Position numbers and translations under genes: made by a program
Shown: positions 16,821-26,079 of the stretch, one piece after another
Position numbering within the stretch: the stretch's first letter is position 1
Layout: each line of letters starts with the position of its first letter
Notes under the pieces: generated by a model
The model's input: only the letters and a program-made list of their open reading frames with translations
Database searches by the model: none
What the model was told of the DNA's origin: nothing
From: an uncultured Rickettsiales bacterium
Lineage (GTDB): Bacteria > Pseudomonadota > Alphaproteobacteria > Rickettsiales > UBA1997
Length of the DNA stretch: 28,629 nt
Assembly: GCA_951800555.1 (NCBI GenBank)
Contig: CATOJU010000001.1
Location: 1-28,629, forward strand
Reading direction: 5' to 3'

Positions 16821-18167
16821 TTATTTATTTAATAAATTCAGAATCAGTATAACCTTTGCAATCCACATAAATTGTCCCGAATTTTGTCCCTGACCTCTGA
16901 ATCTTAACTGCATACTTATACTAGATTTTGTTTTGGTTTGATAACATATATCAATTACACCAGCAGAAGAATTTAACATGCTCGGAGTAGCAATTAGTGT
17001 GTAAGTTGTATCTTTAAATGGAATTAAGAAGGTAATATTATTAACATTACTAGTCCCACCTTGCTCTACCCAACCATCACTATATTTTCTATACCAATTA
17101 CCATTACCATCTATAAAAGTATCTTCAATATAAATTCTATTAGATAAATTATTTATATCATTAACTATATTATCAATATCTACTTCAACATCTGTTTTAG
17201 TTGTTGTTCCTACTACAATATAAACTAAATACTTAATACCTCTTGGAACTACCTAGTTTGATTTTCCATAAATAGAATTTGAAGAACTTGCATTACTAGT
17301 TGTTCCAATACCTCTTGTATCACCATAATCAGCACCTGCAAAAATATTATCTAAACTATGTGTTTTATCATAAGTACCTTGTAAATTAGCAGTATGATAA
17401 TGGTCTGGAAGTCCTATTTCATTACTAACTCCATTATTATTTATATCTGTTGTTGTTTCTATCCATCCATTTATAGTAAGTAATCTAACATATTCATTTT
17501 TAACAAATACATATTTTCCACAGTTACCATACAATGATATAGAATTATTATATTCTTCTTCAGTGCAAAAAATATTATCTCTTATGGTTTCATTATCATA
17601 TAACTTTTCCATAAAGCTATAAAAATCTTTATATATACCATTATAAACAATTTTACTTCCATCAGCCAAATGTAAATTAGCATCAGTTAAAGGTACTGTA
17701 CTTGTTATTAAAGTACCAGCAGGTGCACCACTTCCTCCAAATTGTAATATTCTCCAATTATTGCCATCAGTATCATTTATTGGGTTGTTTCCTTTATTAT
17801 TATCTGTATATGAATAATATAAATTAGGTTCATTTTTACTATTAATAACCATACAAATATTGCCTTTAAAATATGTTGTGTTTTCACTCCATTCTGCAAT
17901 ACCTTTTTGTAATAAATAAGCTAAATTATAACTATTTACATAAGAAACAGCATTAAAATCTTCCATTAGTGGAGAATTTCCATTTAAAACAGCACTACTC
18001 CAGCCATTATTCCAATTTATACCATTATTATTTATTCCCTGTATTATATTAGGGTCATTAGAAAACTCCATTGTTCCTGTTTGTGCTTTGCTTCCAAAAA
18101 CTGCGACATTATTATTAATATTTTCACTAGAAAATATTAATTGTTCTTTTCTTTCTAAATCTGTCAT
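16821..18167 (-). pseudogene. Tail fibre gene with in-frame TAG at 17255-17253
   Basis: N-terminal VFGS...W..GW...SPLMEDFN...AYLLQKGIAEW. After the TAG the same frame continues open for about 140 codons (VVPRGIKYLVYIVVG...NWYRKYSDGWVEQGG...ITFLIPF...WIAK), a typical fibre C-terminal domain. Confidence 0.8.
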
Positions 18168-18169
18168 TT

Positions 18170-18799
18170 TTATATAATATTATTGTTATTTAAAAAAGTT
18201 GCTTTTATTAAGTTATTATTAGTACTAAATCCAACAATAAAATCTTGAGGTTCAATATTATTTTTTCTAAAACCAAATATTTTATCTGTTGTTATTCTAA
18301 CAATATAATTAACATATACCCCAGCAGGAGCTGGTAATATATCCCTATTTTTCAATATAATTTTAATTATATTGTCTTGTTCGCTTTCTCCGAAAATAAT
18401 ATAACTTATTGTCATATCTGTATTATTTACAAATACTAACTTATTATTTAGAAAGTTATATATACCATCAGAAATTGATTTTATACTATTTACTGAATAA
18501 TTATTTATACCTTTTAATTTTATTAATGTTCTATAAGTTTCATCATCAAGTTTATTAGGTGCTGGGGTATTTTCAAACTCAATACCTTCGTAAATTCTAC
18601 TTATTCCCACTATAGCTCCTATTATATCAAGCTGGGTACCTATAGCTGTATTTATATTAAAATTATCAGTAAAATTATTAATAATATTATTATATAACAA
18701 AACATTATTTAAAATTAATGTTTTTATAGTTGCTTTTGCTTTAGGTTTGTTCCAATATTGCTTAATTAATAAATCTGTATAATATTTTATTAAATCCAT
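18170..18799 (-). CDS. Baseplate wedge protein (DUF2612-like)
   Basis: YYTDLLIKQY..KPKA.ATI, AIGTQLDIIGAIVG, LDDETYRTLIK, LPAPAGV. Confidence 0.8.
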   Translation of the reverse strand: MDLIKYYTDLLIKQYWNKPKAKATIKTLILNNVLLYNNIINNFTDNFNINTAIGTQLDIIGAIVGISRIYEGIEFENTPAPNKLDDETYRTLIKLKGINNYSVNSIKSISDGIYNFLNNKLVFVNNTDMTISYIIFGESEQDNIIKIILKNRDILPAPAGVYVNYIVRITTDKIFGFRKNNIEPQDFIVGFSTNNNLIKATFLNNNNII

Positions 18800-18800
18800 T

Positions 18801-20279
18801 TTAATTTTGTGTAATTGTTATATTTGCTTTTTCAAGTTGAAATATGTAATTGTAATTTGTATTTTGTACTATATCTTGCCAAGTAGTACCATCTAAACTT
18901 AATTTTATATCAGTATAAATTAAATCGTTTTGTATCCCTCTTAAAATACAACCCACTTGATTTATATCAACAGTCGTGTATAATGTAAGACTTAAAGAAT
19001 TTATTAATTGTTCTTTTAAAAAATCTAAATCAACAACAGTATCAGATTTCTTTTTAGTTATATTAAATTTAATATATAAATCTTCATACGAAGGTCTGTC
19101 CCATTTAATCTCTGTTGCTACCCCTTGTTTTGTGTAAACTGTATAAGATGTCTCTCCTCTCATACCACAACCTGCATTTATAGTTGAATATATAGCTTTT
19201 GCAATATCTTCATTACTTCCACCTTCAACTATTAACCAAACAGAATGAGCTGGTGTTCCTGCTGTACTTGTTATATTTGTATTGTTATTTTCACCAGTTG
19301 CTATAATAACACCTTTAACATTTAATAAAGCTGATATAATATTATCAAAAGCACCAGTTCCACCATTTCCATTTGTATTTAAAAATCTGTTTCTTAATGA
19401 TAAATCGCTTTCTTCATCAGTTCCTTCTGTTGCAACTTGTGTATTATTTATAACACTAACAACCCCAACTTGTGGAGTATTTATATTTGTTATTGTTTCT
19501 AACCCAACTTGCAAAACTCCAATGTCTTTTGCTCTAAATTGTACTGTTTTCGTTCCACTTTCTGTAAATTCTACACTATTTATTAAATAAAATTCATTAC
19601 CAGCATTATCACTAACAGTAAAAACATCGCTTGCTTCTAGTTCATTATAATTATCATCTAGACCTTTTAAAATTAATGGTGTATTTACTTGTATTTCTAT
19701 AGGAACAATGGTATAACTTCCACCATTTCTTACAATACTATGATATGTTGCTATATTATCAAGTGCTTGTCCTACTGCTAAATTAGGGTTCAAACTATTA
19801 TATAAATTTATAATAGTTTCATTTATATCTGTTTGATTTTGTGAAAAAATATTAATTAATTGACTATCGGGTGTATTACTATTTAAATTTATATCTTCTC
19901 CATATATTTCTTTAAATTTATTTTCATAATATTCTATTATTTCATTTATATTAAAATTATTGTTATAAATAGTATTTAAAACAATATTAATATTAATTTT
20001 TCTTTCTGGAGTTATAGAATAATTTATATCTTTAATCTCAATTACTCCATCAATATTTAAAATTAAACTCACTAATTGATTAATTAATTTTTTATCACTA
20101 CTAAAACTTCCTAGAATATTATACCAATCAATACCTCTATCTAAATCATAAAAGCAATTATTTTTCCAACATTTAATATTAGTTAAAATGTCAAGTTCCA
20201 TTGCTTTCTGATTAATAGCATAATCTTGCTTTCCATTTCCAAAAGTCCAATCCCAATTTTCGTCTAAATTTCTAATCAT
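18801..20279 (-). CDS. Fusion of small baseplate wedge (gp25/gp46-like) protein and baseplate J-like protein
   Basis: Likely start ATG 20279, overlapping the TK-like stop (ATGA). First ~112 aa RNLDENWDWTFG.G..DY...W..NCFYDLDRGIDW; remainder IYGEDINL.SNTPDSQ...A.GQALD...G.DEESD..LR.RF...HSVWLIVEGG. Confidence 0.8.
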   Translation of the reverse strand: MIRNLDENWDWTFGNGKQDYAINQKAMELDILTNIKCWKNNCFYDLDRGIDWYNILGSFSSDKKLINQLVSLILNIDGVIEIKDINYSITPERKININIVLNTIYNNNFNINEIIEYYENKFKEIYGEDINLNSNTPDSQLINIFSQNQTDINETIINLYNSLNPNLAVGQALDNIATYHSIVRNGGSYTIVPIEIQVNTPLILKGLDDNYNELEASDVFTVSDNAGNEFYLINSVEFTESGTKTVQFRAKDIGVLQVGLETITNINTPQVGVVSVINNTQVATEGTDEESDLSLRNRFLNTNGNGGTGAFDNIISALLNVKGVIIATGENNNTNITSTAGTPAHSVWLIVEGGSNEDIAKAIYSTINAGCGMRGETSYTVYTKQGVATEIKWDRPSYEDLYIKFNITKKKSDTVVDLDFLKEQLINSLSLTLYTTVDINQVGCILRGIQNDLIYTDIKLSLDGTTWQDIVQNTNYNYIFQLEKANITITQN

Positions 20280-20830
20280 AATAATATATTCATTGTTTTT
20301 ATAGGTTCCCAATGTTCTTTGCAACAAGCAACATATTTGTTATAAATACCTTCAATATAATCTGTTGCTCTTTTATCTCTTATTAATTTTGTTCTAGTTG
20401 ATGGTTTGCCGCAGATTTCACATTTGCCTTTAATATGTATTTTTTTATCTGCTATATTTTTAAATTCTTCAAATTGCTTAAATTTTCTATTATCTGCCAT
20501 TCTATCTAAACAAGCAATATAAATTTGTTTTTTTTGTTTTTTTAACTCTAAACAATCTTTTTTTAATTGTTCTATTTTTTTTATATTTACAAGATTTAAT
20601 TCATCAAAAATAATTATATCTGCATTACTTTTTAATTTATCTTTATATATTTTAGTTTTTATTGTTTGTGTGTATTTTCTACTTTTTAAAAATCCATTAT
20701 CTCTTGTATTCTCTTCTGGTTCAAATAAATCTATTGTTTTATTTGCTTCTTTTAAATTATTATATAAATCAATTAAATAAGCAGATTTTCCTGATTTCAT
20801 TGCCCCATATATTAAAGTTATATTTTCCAT
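20276..20830 (-). CDS. Divergent thymidine-kinase-like protein
   Basis: YGAMKSGKS P-loop, IIIFDE Walker B, KCEICG and YVACCKEHW Zn-site of the type II TK fold. Symbol withheld because the family is divergent. Confidence 0.7.
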   Translation of the reverse strand: MENITLIYGAMKSGKSAYLIDLYNNLKEANKTIDLFEPEENTRDNGFLKSRKYTQTIKTKIYKDKLKSNADIIIFDELNLVNIKKIEQLKKDCLELKKQKKQIYIACLDRMADNRKFKQFEEFKNIADKKIHIKGKCEICGKPSTRTKLIRDKRATDYIEGIYNKYVACCKEHWEPIKTMNILL

Positions 20831-20831
20831 T

Positions 20832-21263
20832 TTAATTAATTTCTGTTATTAATCCATTAGTAATTGTCAGTGTTTTTCCACTTGCTCCTTGTCCTGTATC
20901 AACAAAAGTACCAGAAATACCAGCTTGTCCTCCTGTACTATATGTTGATGCTTCAATATTTCCTAAAATATTTATATTTTCTGATATATCAAGATTACCA
21001 TTTATTTTTGAATTATAATTTAAACAAATAGCAGTATTATCATATTGAATAGCATTAACTAAACTATTTAGTCCACAAATAACTATTCCATCACTTAAAT
21101 CGTGTTTTCTATCACTATAAGGTAATTGAGCTTCGCCTGTTTCAAAATAAACATTTAAATCATAATCATTAAATAAAAATCCATTACTAAAATCTTTTAA
21201 TCCTTTATCTTCTACTTTAAAGCCAAGTAAAGCACACATTCTAGTAATTATTTGTTCTCCCAT
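20832..21263 (-). pseudogene. Chimera of tape-measure N-terminus and baseplate spike (gp138/gpV-like) C-terminus
   Basis: Starts MGEQIITRMCALLGFKVEDKGLKDF (TMP-like start, right after the chaperone genes), then FLFND.D...FETG...P...R.HDLSDGIVICG and GISGTF....TITNGLIT (spike-like). Confidence 0.7.
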
Positions 21264-21264
21264 T

Positions 21265-21505
21265 CTACTTCCTAATTTTATTATATTCTTCAGCTTCTAA
21301 TTGATTTAAAAAAATAATGTAGTTATAAAAATCTAATACTTCATTAATAGGTGTATTCATAACTTCGGCATAACTACCGAAATTATTTTTTATAACTACA
21401 AACACAAATAAATTTAAAGGGTCGTCTATAGTATAGTTTTTATAATTATCTTGATTGTTGCAAGTACAATTTTTTATTTTGTACTTGCTTTTATTGTAAA
21501 AAAAA
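21265..21505 (-). CDS. -1 frameshift extension (GT-like) of the tail assembly chaperone
   Basis: The -1 frame is open from the T8 slippery run (A8 at 21498-21505 on +) to TAG 21267-21265: YNKSKYKIKNCTC...FGSYAEVMNTPINEVLDFYNY...EYNKIRK. Confidence 0.7.
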
Positions 21506-21851
21506 CCCTCAAATTCTCCAACATTATATTATAGAATATTTTAAAAAAATATTTTCTATTATCTATATCATCAAATAAATTTTTTGTAATTCTTTCATTA
21601 TTAAAAATACAATTATTAGATAATTTAAAAAATATGTTTTCAAGTTCTTCATCACCTATACAATCACAGATTAAACCTAAAAGCCCAGAAAAATCTTGTA
21701 AATCAAAACCATCTTTTAAAGAGTTTTCATTTAATTCAAAACCTTTTAAATTATTTTTTGTTTTTCTACTAATAAATCTTATTAAAGTTAATACATCACC
21801 AGTACTTCCATAATTAAACTTTAATATTTTATCATCAATTTTTATTTCCAT
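21474..21851 (-). CDS. Tail assembly chaperone (G-like)
   Basis: Located between tube and tape measure; ends ENLRVFF with a slippery GTTTTTTTT. Confidence 0.7.
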   Translation of the reverse strand: MEIKIDDKILKFNYGSTGDVLTLIRFISRKTKNNLKGFELNENSLKDGFDLQDFSGLLGLICDCIGDEELENIFFKLSNNCIFNNERITKNLFDDIDNRKYFFKIFYNIMLENLRVFFTIKASTK

Positions 21852-21862
21852 AATTAACCTTT

Positions 21863-22318
21863 TTAGTTAATAGAAACATCACAATTACTAAAAGATAAAT
21901 TCCAAACACTAACAATTGCCTCAACATTTCCGACAGTACTTTCAACAGTGCCAGCATTTCTTACCACAACACCACCAGATAAATCAAATACTTTTTTAGT
22001 CAAATTACCTTTTCCGTCCCCTGTTCTTTTTGTAAAAGTTCCAGTTATTAAAGAAAAACTTGTCGGGTCGTTGCTATATTGAGATAATTTATTTATAAGA
22101 TATTTGTCTGTGTCTCCATTTAAAATAACCCTTAAAGTAATATTTGCAATTTTACCCTGTTCGTTTTTAGTAAATAGAGAATTGCCATTTTTGCCTCTTG
22201 TAATAATTGCCACATCGTTTGGAAATTCAAGAGTTATACAATCGTTGTCTGCTCCATCAAGTATTAATTCACCATCAAGAATTAAACTATCATTACCTGC
22301 TAAACTTTCTATTGCCAT
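21863..22318 (-). CDS. Tail tube protein
   Basis: Follows the sheath; beta-rich, G.NGN.LF..N..G...T.R; size typical for DUF3383-sheath phages. Confidence 0.75.
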   Translation of the reverse strand: MAIESLAGNDSLILDGELILDGADNDCITLEFPNDVAIITRGKNGNSLFTKNEQGKIANITLRVILNGDTDKYLINKLSQYSNDPTSFSLITGTFTKRTGDGKGNLTKKVFDLSGGVVVRNAGTVESTVGNVEAIVSVWNLSFSNCDVSIN

Positions 22319-22327
22319 TTATTCCCC

Positions 22328-23815
22328 CTAATTATTTACATTAATAATAATATTTGAGCTATTAATTGCTCCAGCTAATTTTACAGCAATTTGACATAAA
22401 GGTGCTTTTCTGGCCTCTCTATCAGCTTGAGATTGTTGAGCTATAGGAGAAAAATAAATATAATAACCAAAATTAGATATATTATCTAAAAACAACTCTT
22501 GATTACCAAAAGTATAAGGTAAAGTCCAGCTACCAGCTCCTATTAATCCATTATTTACACCTTGATTTAAAACTTTTGCATAAGTATTGTAAAGCATACT
22601 TACACCTTGCTCTGTTTGTGCTATTTTAGTCGGTACATTTCTTAAAGCAGAAAAACCATTTTCTTCAAGTTGTAATTTTAACCATATCAAACCTACAACA
22701 GTATCAAACCATTCATTTTTACCAGAGCAGAAAACAGCCCCAACACCACCAACAGAAACGTAAACATCACAACCTAATTCTTGAGCTTGTAATAATTCAG
22801 TTTCTCCAATAGTATTATCTGGCAATACACCAGTTAATTCTTTTGCATGTAAATTTTTAACTGTGTTGCTTCCTTGATAATTTACAGCCATATAAGAACT
22901 TGTATAAGCTCCAGCATAAACTAATGAGTCAGTTTCTCCATTATAATATAAACATCTACAATGTGTTAAAGCTGATTGTTGTATTTTATAAAATACATTA
23001 GCTGTTTCTGCTTTTAAGTAATTTTCACCACCTTTTGCCACAACTAAAACAGAATTTAAAGATTGAATAAGATTTGCACCTGCTTCAATTTCTTCATCCG
23101 AAATATCCCAAGTTGCTAAACAACAACCATAATAAGAAATCTTTTGGGTTCTTAAAATTATGTCTTGTAATCTTTCTTCACCTGTGTATTCAACTTTTCC
23201 TATTACTTCAACAGCATTAGAGGTATTTAATAGATTTACATCACTTAAACTTGTTCCCTCTGTTCCAGCACTTAAAACAATTTTACTATCCACACCTGTT
23301 GTTTTGCTTGTAAAAATAATATTGTTGTTTTCATCAGCAGAAATTACAACATCACTTATTTGAGCTTGTAATATATCTACAACATCCGAAAGACTTTTTA
23401 CAGTACTAAAGTCTAAACCATTATAACTTTTTGCTTCTGCCCCATCTACAGCAATATTTAAACTACCATCAGTTATATTTTTAAAGTTTTCGTAAATAAT
23501 TGATTTGCAAGTTGTATATCCAGCAGTTGCCGGTTCTGTTATATTTGCTAAAGCAGGAAATACCATAACATAACCATCACCAGCTAAAATATTCGGCGAT
23601 TGACTAAAGATTGAATTAACAACTTTAAAAGTCTTACTATCAATACCAAAATCATTGCCACAAGCTTCAGATGCTTTATAAACAACATAATTATTTATAG
23701 GAACATTAGCAGGTTCTTTTGTAAAAACACCTATAACACAAACATTTCTTGCTGTTATACTTGTCGGTGCTGTTGATAAACTTACATTTATGTAATTATT
23801 AATATTTATTGCCAT
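22328..23815 (-). CDS. Tail sheath protein (DUF3383-like)
   Basis: IN.YINVSLS, FSQSPN...G.GY, W....LE, QT.QG, Q.QADREARKAP..Q.A.KLAGAI....I. Confidence 0.85.
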   Translation of the reverse strand: MAININNYINVSLSTAPTSITARNVCVIGVFTKEPANVPINNYVVYKASEACGNDFGIDSKTFKVVNSIFSQSPNILAGDGYVMVFPALANITEPATAGYTTCKSIIYENFKNITDGSLNIAVDGAEAKSYNGLDFSTVKSLSDVVDILQAQISDVVISADENNNIIFTSKTTGVDSKIVLSAGTEGTSLSDVNLLNTSNAVEVIGKVEYTGEERLQDIILRTQKISYYGCCLATWDISDEEIEAGANLIQSLNSVLVVAKGGENYLKAETANVFYKIQQSALTHCRCLYYNGETDSLVYAGAYTSSYMAVNYQGSNTVKNLHAKELTGVLPDNTIGETELLQAQELGCDVYVSVGGVGAVFCSGKNEWFDTVVGLIWLKLQLEENGFSALRNVPTKIAQTEQGVSMLYNTYAKVLNQGVNNGLIGAGSWTLPYTFGNQELFLDNISNFGYYIYFSPIAQQSQADREARKAPLCQIAVKLAGAINSSNIIINVNN

Positions 23816-23821
23816 AATTAT

Positions 23822-24337
23822 TTAATTATTAGTTATTAAAAAAATATCATTATAATCATTGTAATAAGAAGTAATAACTTCTTTTTTGCTTTGATATATT
23901 AAATTAAAGTCTAAAACAAACCTATTTAATATTTTTGTCCCATCTTTTTCGTCATTTTGATTAAAATTAAGTGGTAAAGTTCCTATACTAAAACCATATT
24001 GAGCTTGCAAGTTTTTTGCTTTATCACTATTTAAAGCCATTAATATTTCATCTTTTCTATTGGTTGCTTCCATATCATAAGAAAAAATATTTATTGTTAT
24101 TTCAGCAATATTATTTACAAAAAAACATTCTTTAAAAGCTCCATTTTCTTCTTTATATTCTTTGCAATTAGCAACTGGTTTTACATTACTACAACCCACC
24201 ACAACACAAAGCTTTTTATCATTAGGTATTATCCATTTCTGATTAAAAATATAAATATGTTTGTTGTCTAAATCCATAAAGTCTTGTATCAAACTACATA
24301 TTAATTTTAAGTAATCTTCAATATTCATTTTCTCCAT
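23822..24337 (-). CDS. Tail terminator/neck protein
   Basis: Position just upstream of the sheath; size and composition typical. Confidence 0.55.
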   Translation of the reverse strand: MEKMNIEDYLKLICSLIQDFMDLDNKHIYIFNQKWIIPNDKKLCVVVGCSNVKPVANCKEYKEENGAFKECFFVNNIAEITINIFSYDMEATNRKDEILMALNSDKAKNLQAQYGFSIGTLPLNFNQNDEKDGTKILNRFVLDFNLIYQSKKEVITSYYNDYNDIFLITNN

Positions 24338-24731
24338 CGTCTTCTTTGTCTTTTAAATCTTCATAATCTTCTATCATATTATACCTATAATACCCATAAT
24401 AGGTATCTTCGTTCTGTGTTCCCATTATTCTAAATTGCTTTTCTCCCACAATTACAACATCATCATTATTGAAATGATAAGTAGTTATTAATTTGTACCA
24501 TTTCCAATTTCTTTCACCTTCTGGCCTTAATTCTAATTCTTGAGTACTTAAATTTTGCACCATTCCCCTTATATTAATGGGTGTTCTTGTTTCTACAAGT
24601 TTAAAATCAATTAATTCTTTTTTTATCAAAATAACAGTATAGGGACTACTCCAACTTTCCACAATATCGGCAACATTAATTAAATTACTTGTGCCTGCTC
24701 CTGTTATTTTATTACTATTAAATTTTATCAT
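24318..24731 (-). CDS. Head-closure/head-tail joining protein
   Basis: G.VQ.L...EL..RPEGERNWKW motif; position in the neck module. Confidence 0.6.
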   Translation of the reverse strand: MIKFNSNKITGAGTSNLINVADIVESWSSPYTVILIKKELIDFKLVETRTPINIRGMVQNLSTQELELRPEGERNWKWYKLITTYHFNNDDVVIVGEKQFRIMGTQNEDTYYGYYRYNMIEDYEDLKDKEDDGENEY

Positions 24732-25213
24732 TGTTTTACTAATTCAAAAGTTATTGATTTTCTTAATCGCCCTGTGTCTATTAATGGATGACTACTGCCT
24801 TTTTGTCTAATAGTAGAGGGTGCATTTGGAGCCCAAGTACCATCTCCTAAATTTTCAAAACTATCTATTATAATATTCTGTGCTATTGCTCCTAATATAT
24901 TATATTTATCAATAGGACTTGCACTTTCATTAAAAATTACTTTATTAAAAGTTTTAGATTTATTTAATTCTTCTTTTAGATGATTTTTTAAAGGTTTACG
25001 AATAAAACTTCTTTCTGGTATATTTCTTTTTATACTTCCGAATTCTTGAATTAACCCTACTGTTGCAATAGTCGGGGGGAATTTCCCCCCTTCAGCATTA
25101 TCATATTTACCACCTAAAATCCCCACTTTTACAACATAATCCAACTTATCCAAGCTCTCCCTAAACTTTTTTAAGTTTTTATCATCAACTTCTATTTTAA
25201 TATTATTTTGCAT
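24728..25213 (-). CDS. Neck/virion morphogenesis protein (HK97 gp10-like)
   Basis: VKVGILG, EFG...IPERSF.R, PNAPSTI.QKGSS.PLIDTG.LR.SI. Confidence 0.75.
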   Translation of the reverse strand: MQNNIKIEVDDKNLKKFRESLDKLDYVVKVGILGGKYDNAEGGKFPPTIATVGLIQEFGSIKRNIPERSFIRKPLKNHLKEELNKSKTFNKVIFNESASPIDKYNILGAIAQNIIIDSFENLGDGTWAPNAPSTIRQKGSSHPLIDTGRLRKSITFELVKQ

Positions 25214-25214
25214 A

Positions 25215-25793
25215 TCAAGTAATAGTTGTTGTTCCTCTTATTGTATATACTGCCCCTATAGTAAAAGGTATCAAATATTGTAAATATTTTAACCCAAAAC
25301 TTGTACTGGCAAAATATGAGTAATATGGACTTTGTAAATATTTTTGGGGTATTCCATAACTTGCACTCACACCATCAACTGATTTACTAGTTATTAAAAA
25401 ACTTCCTACTCCATTACTATTTGCCATATTTAAATCCATAACTAAATAATGTGCTGTTAAAAGCAAAAAAGCTATTTTCATTTTATCTTTATTATTTAGA
25501 AATAAATTTATATTAAAACTATTTCTAGCTTGTCCGAAAGCTTTATATAAATCGTTGTCGGTTATATAATCATATATATTGCCTATTGTTATTTGCCAAT
25601 AATCAGCTGATTTATCAGGTTCATTATTTTTATTATTATCTTGTAAAGAAATATAAAAATTATTGTTATAGTAAACTTTATTATCTTTAAAATAATTTAT
25701 TTCTTCATTCCAAATTATATCAGAAAAATATTGAAATTCTCTCGGAAAATAGTCCTTAAAATCTTCAGGAGTAAATAAATCTAGTTGTTCCAT
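25215..25793 (-). CDS. Head-tail adaptor (DUF4054-like) with inserted aromatic module
   Basis: F..YFPREF, LLTAHYL, SKSVDGVSASY, T.FG..YL..L; insertion W28-W66. Confidence 0.75.
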   Translation of the reverse strand: MEQLDLFTPEDFKDYFPREFQYFSDIIWNEEINYFKDNKVYYNNNFYISLQDNNKNNEPDKSADYWQITIGNIYDYITDNDLYKAFGQARNSFNINLFLNNKDKMKIAFLLLTAHYLVMDLNMANSNGVGSFLITSKSVDGVSASYGIPQKYLQSPYYSYFASTSFGLKYLQYLIPFTIGAVYTIRGTTTIT

Positions 25794-25795
25794 CT

Positions 25796-26029
25796 TTATT
25801 TATGTTTATTTTTATTTTTATTTTTAATAATAGTAGAAGTTATTTTTTCTTTTTTTTCTTCACTATTTTTTATTTCTTTTTTTTCTTCTTCAACAAATAA
25901 AGGTTTTATTTCATTAAAACATTTTACTTTATTATATTCTTCATTAGTTAAAGTAAAATATGTATTAGGTTCAATTCTTTTATCCCCTATTATATACACT
26001 CTTTTACTTTGATTTATAAAAGTTTTCAT
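25796..26029 (-). CDS. Small hypothetical phage protein
   Basis: 77-aa ORF between capsid and adaptor, tightly spaced in the operon. Confidence 0.55.
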   Translation of the reverse strand: MKTFINQSKRVYIIGDKRIEPNTYFTLTNEEYNKVKCFNEIKPLFVEEEKKEIKNSEEKKEKITSTIIKNKNKNKHK

Positions 26030-26052
26030 AATTCTTCCTATTTTATTAAAAT

Positions 26053-26072
26053 AAAAGGGGTATTTCTACCCC
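26053..26072 (-). terminator. Intrinsic terminator after the major capsid gene
   Basis: Minus strand GGGGTA-GAAA-TACCCC-TTTT, GNRA loop. Confidence 0.75.
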
Positions 26073-26079
26073 CATTTAA

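Noticed and set aside
16760-17255. Stop-codon reassignment (genetic code 15) in the prophage
   Set aside because: Only one internal TAG; the other internal stop is TAA, and TAG is used as a normal stop (16414-12, 21267-65).
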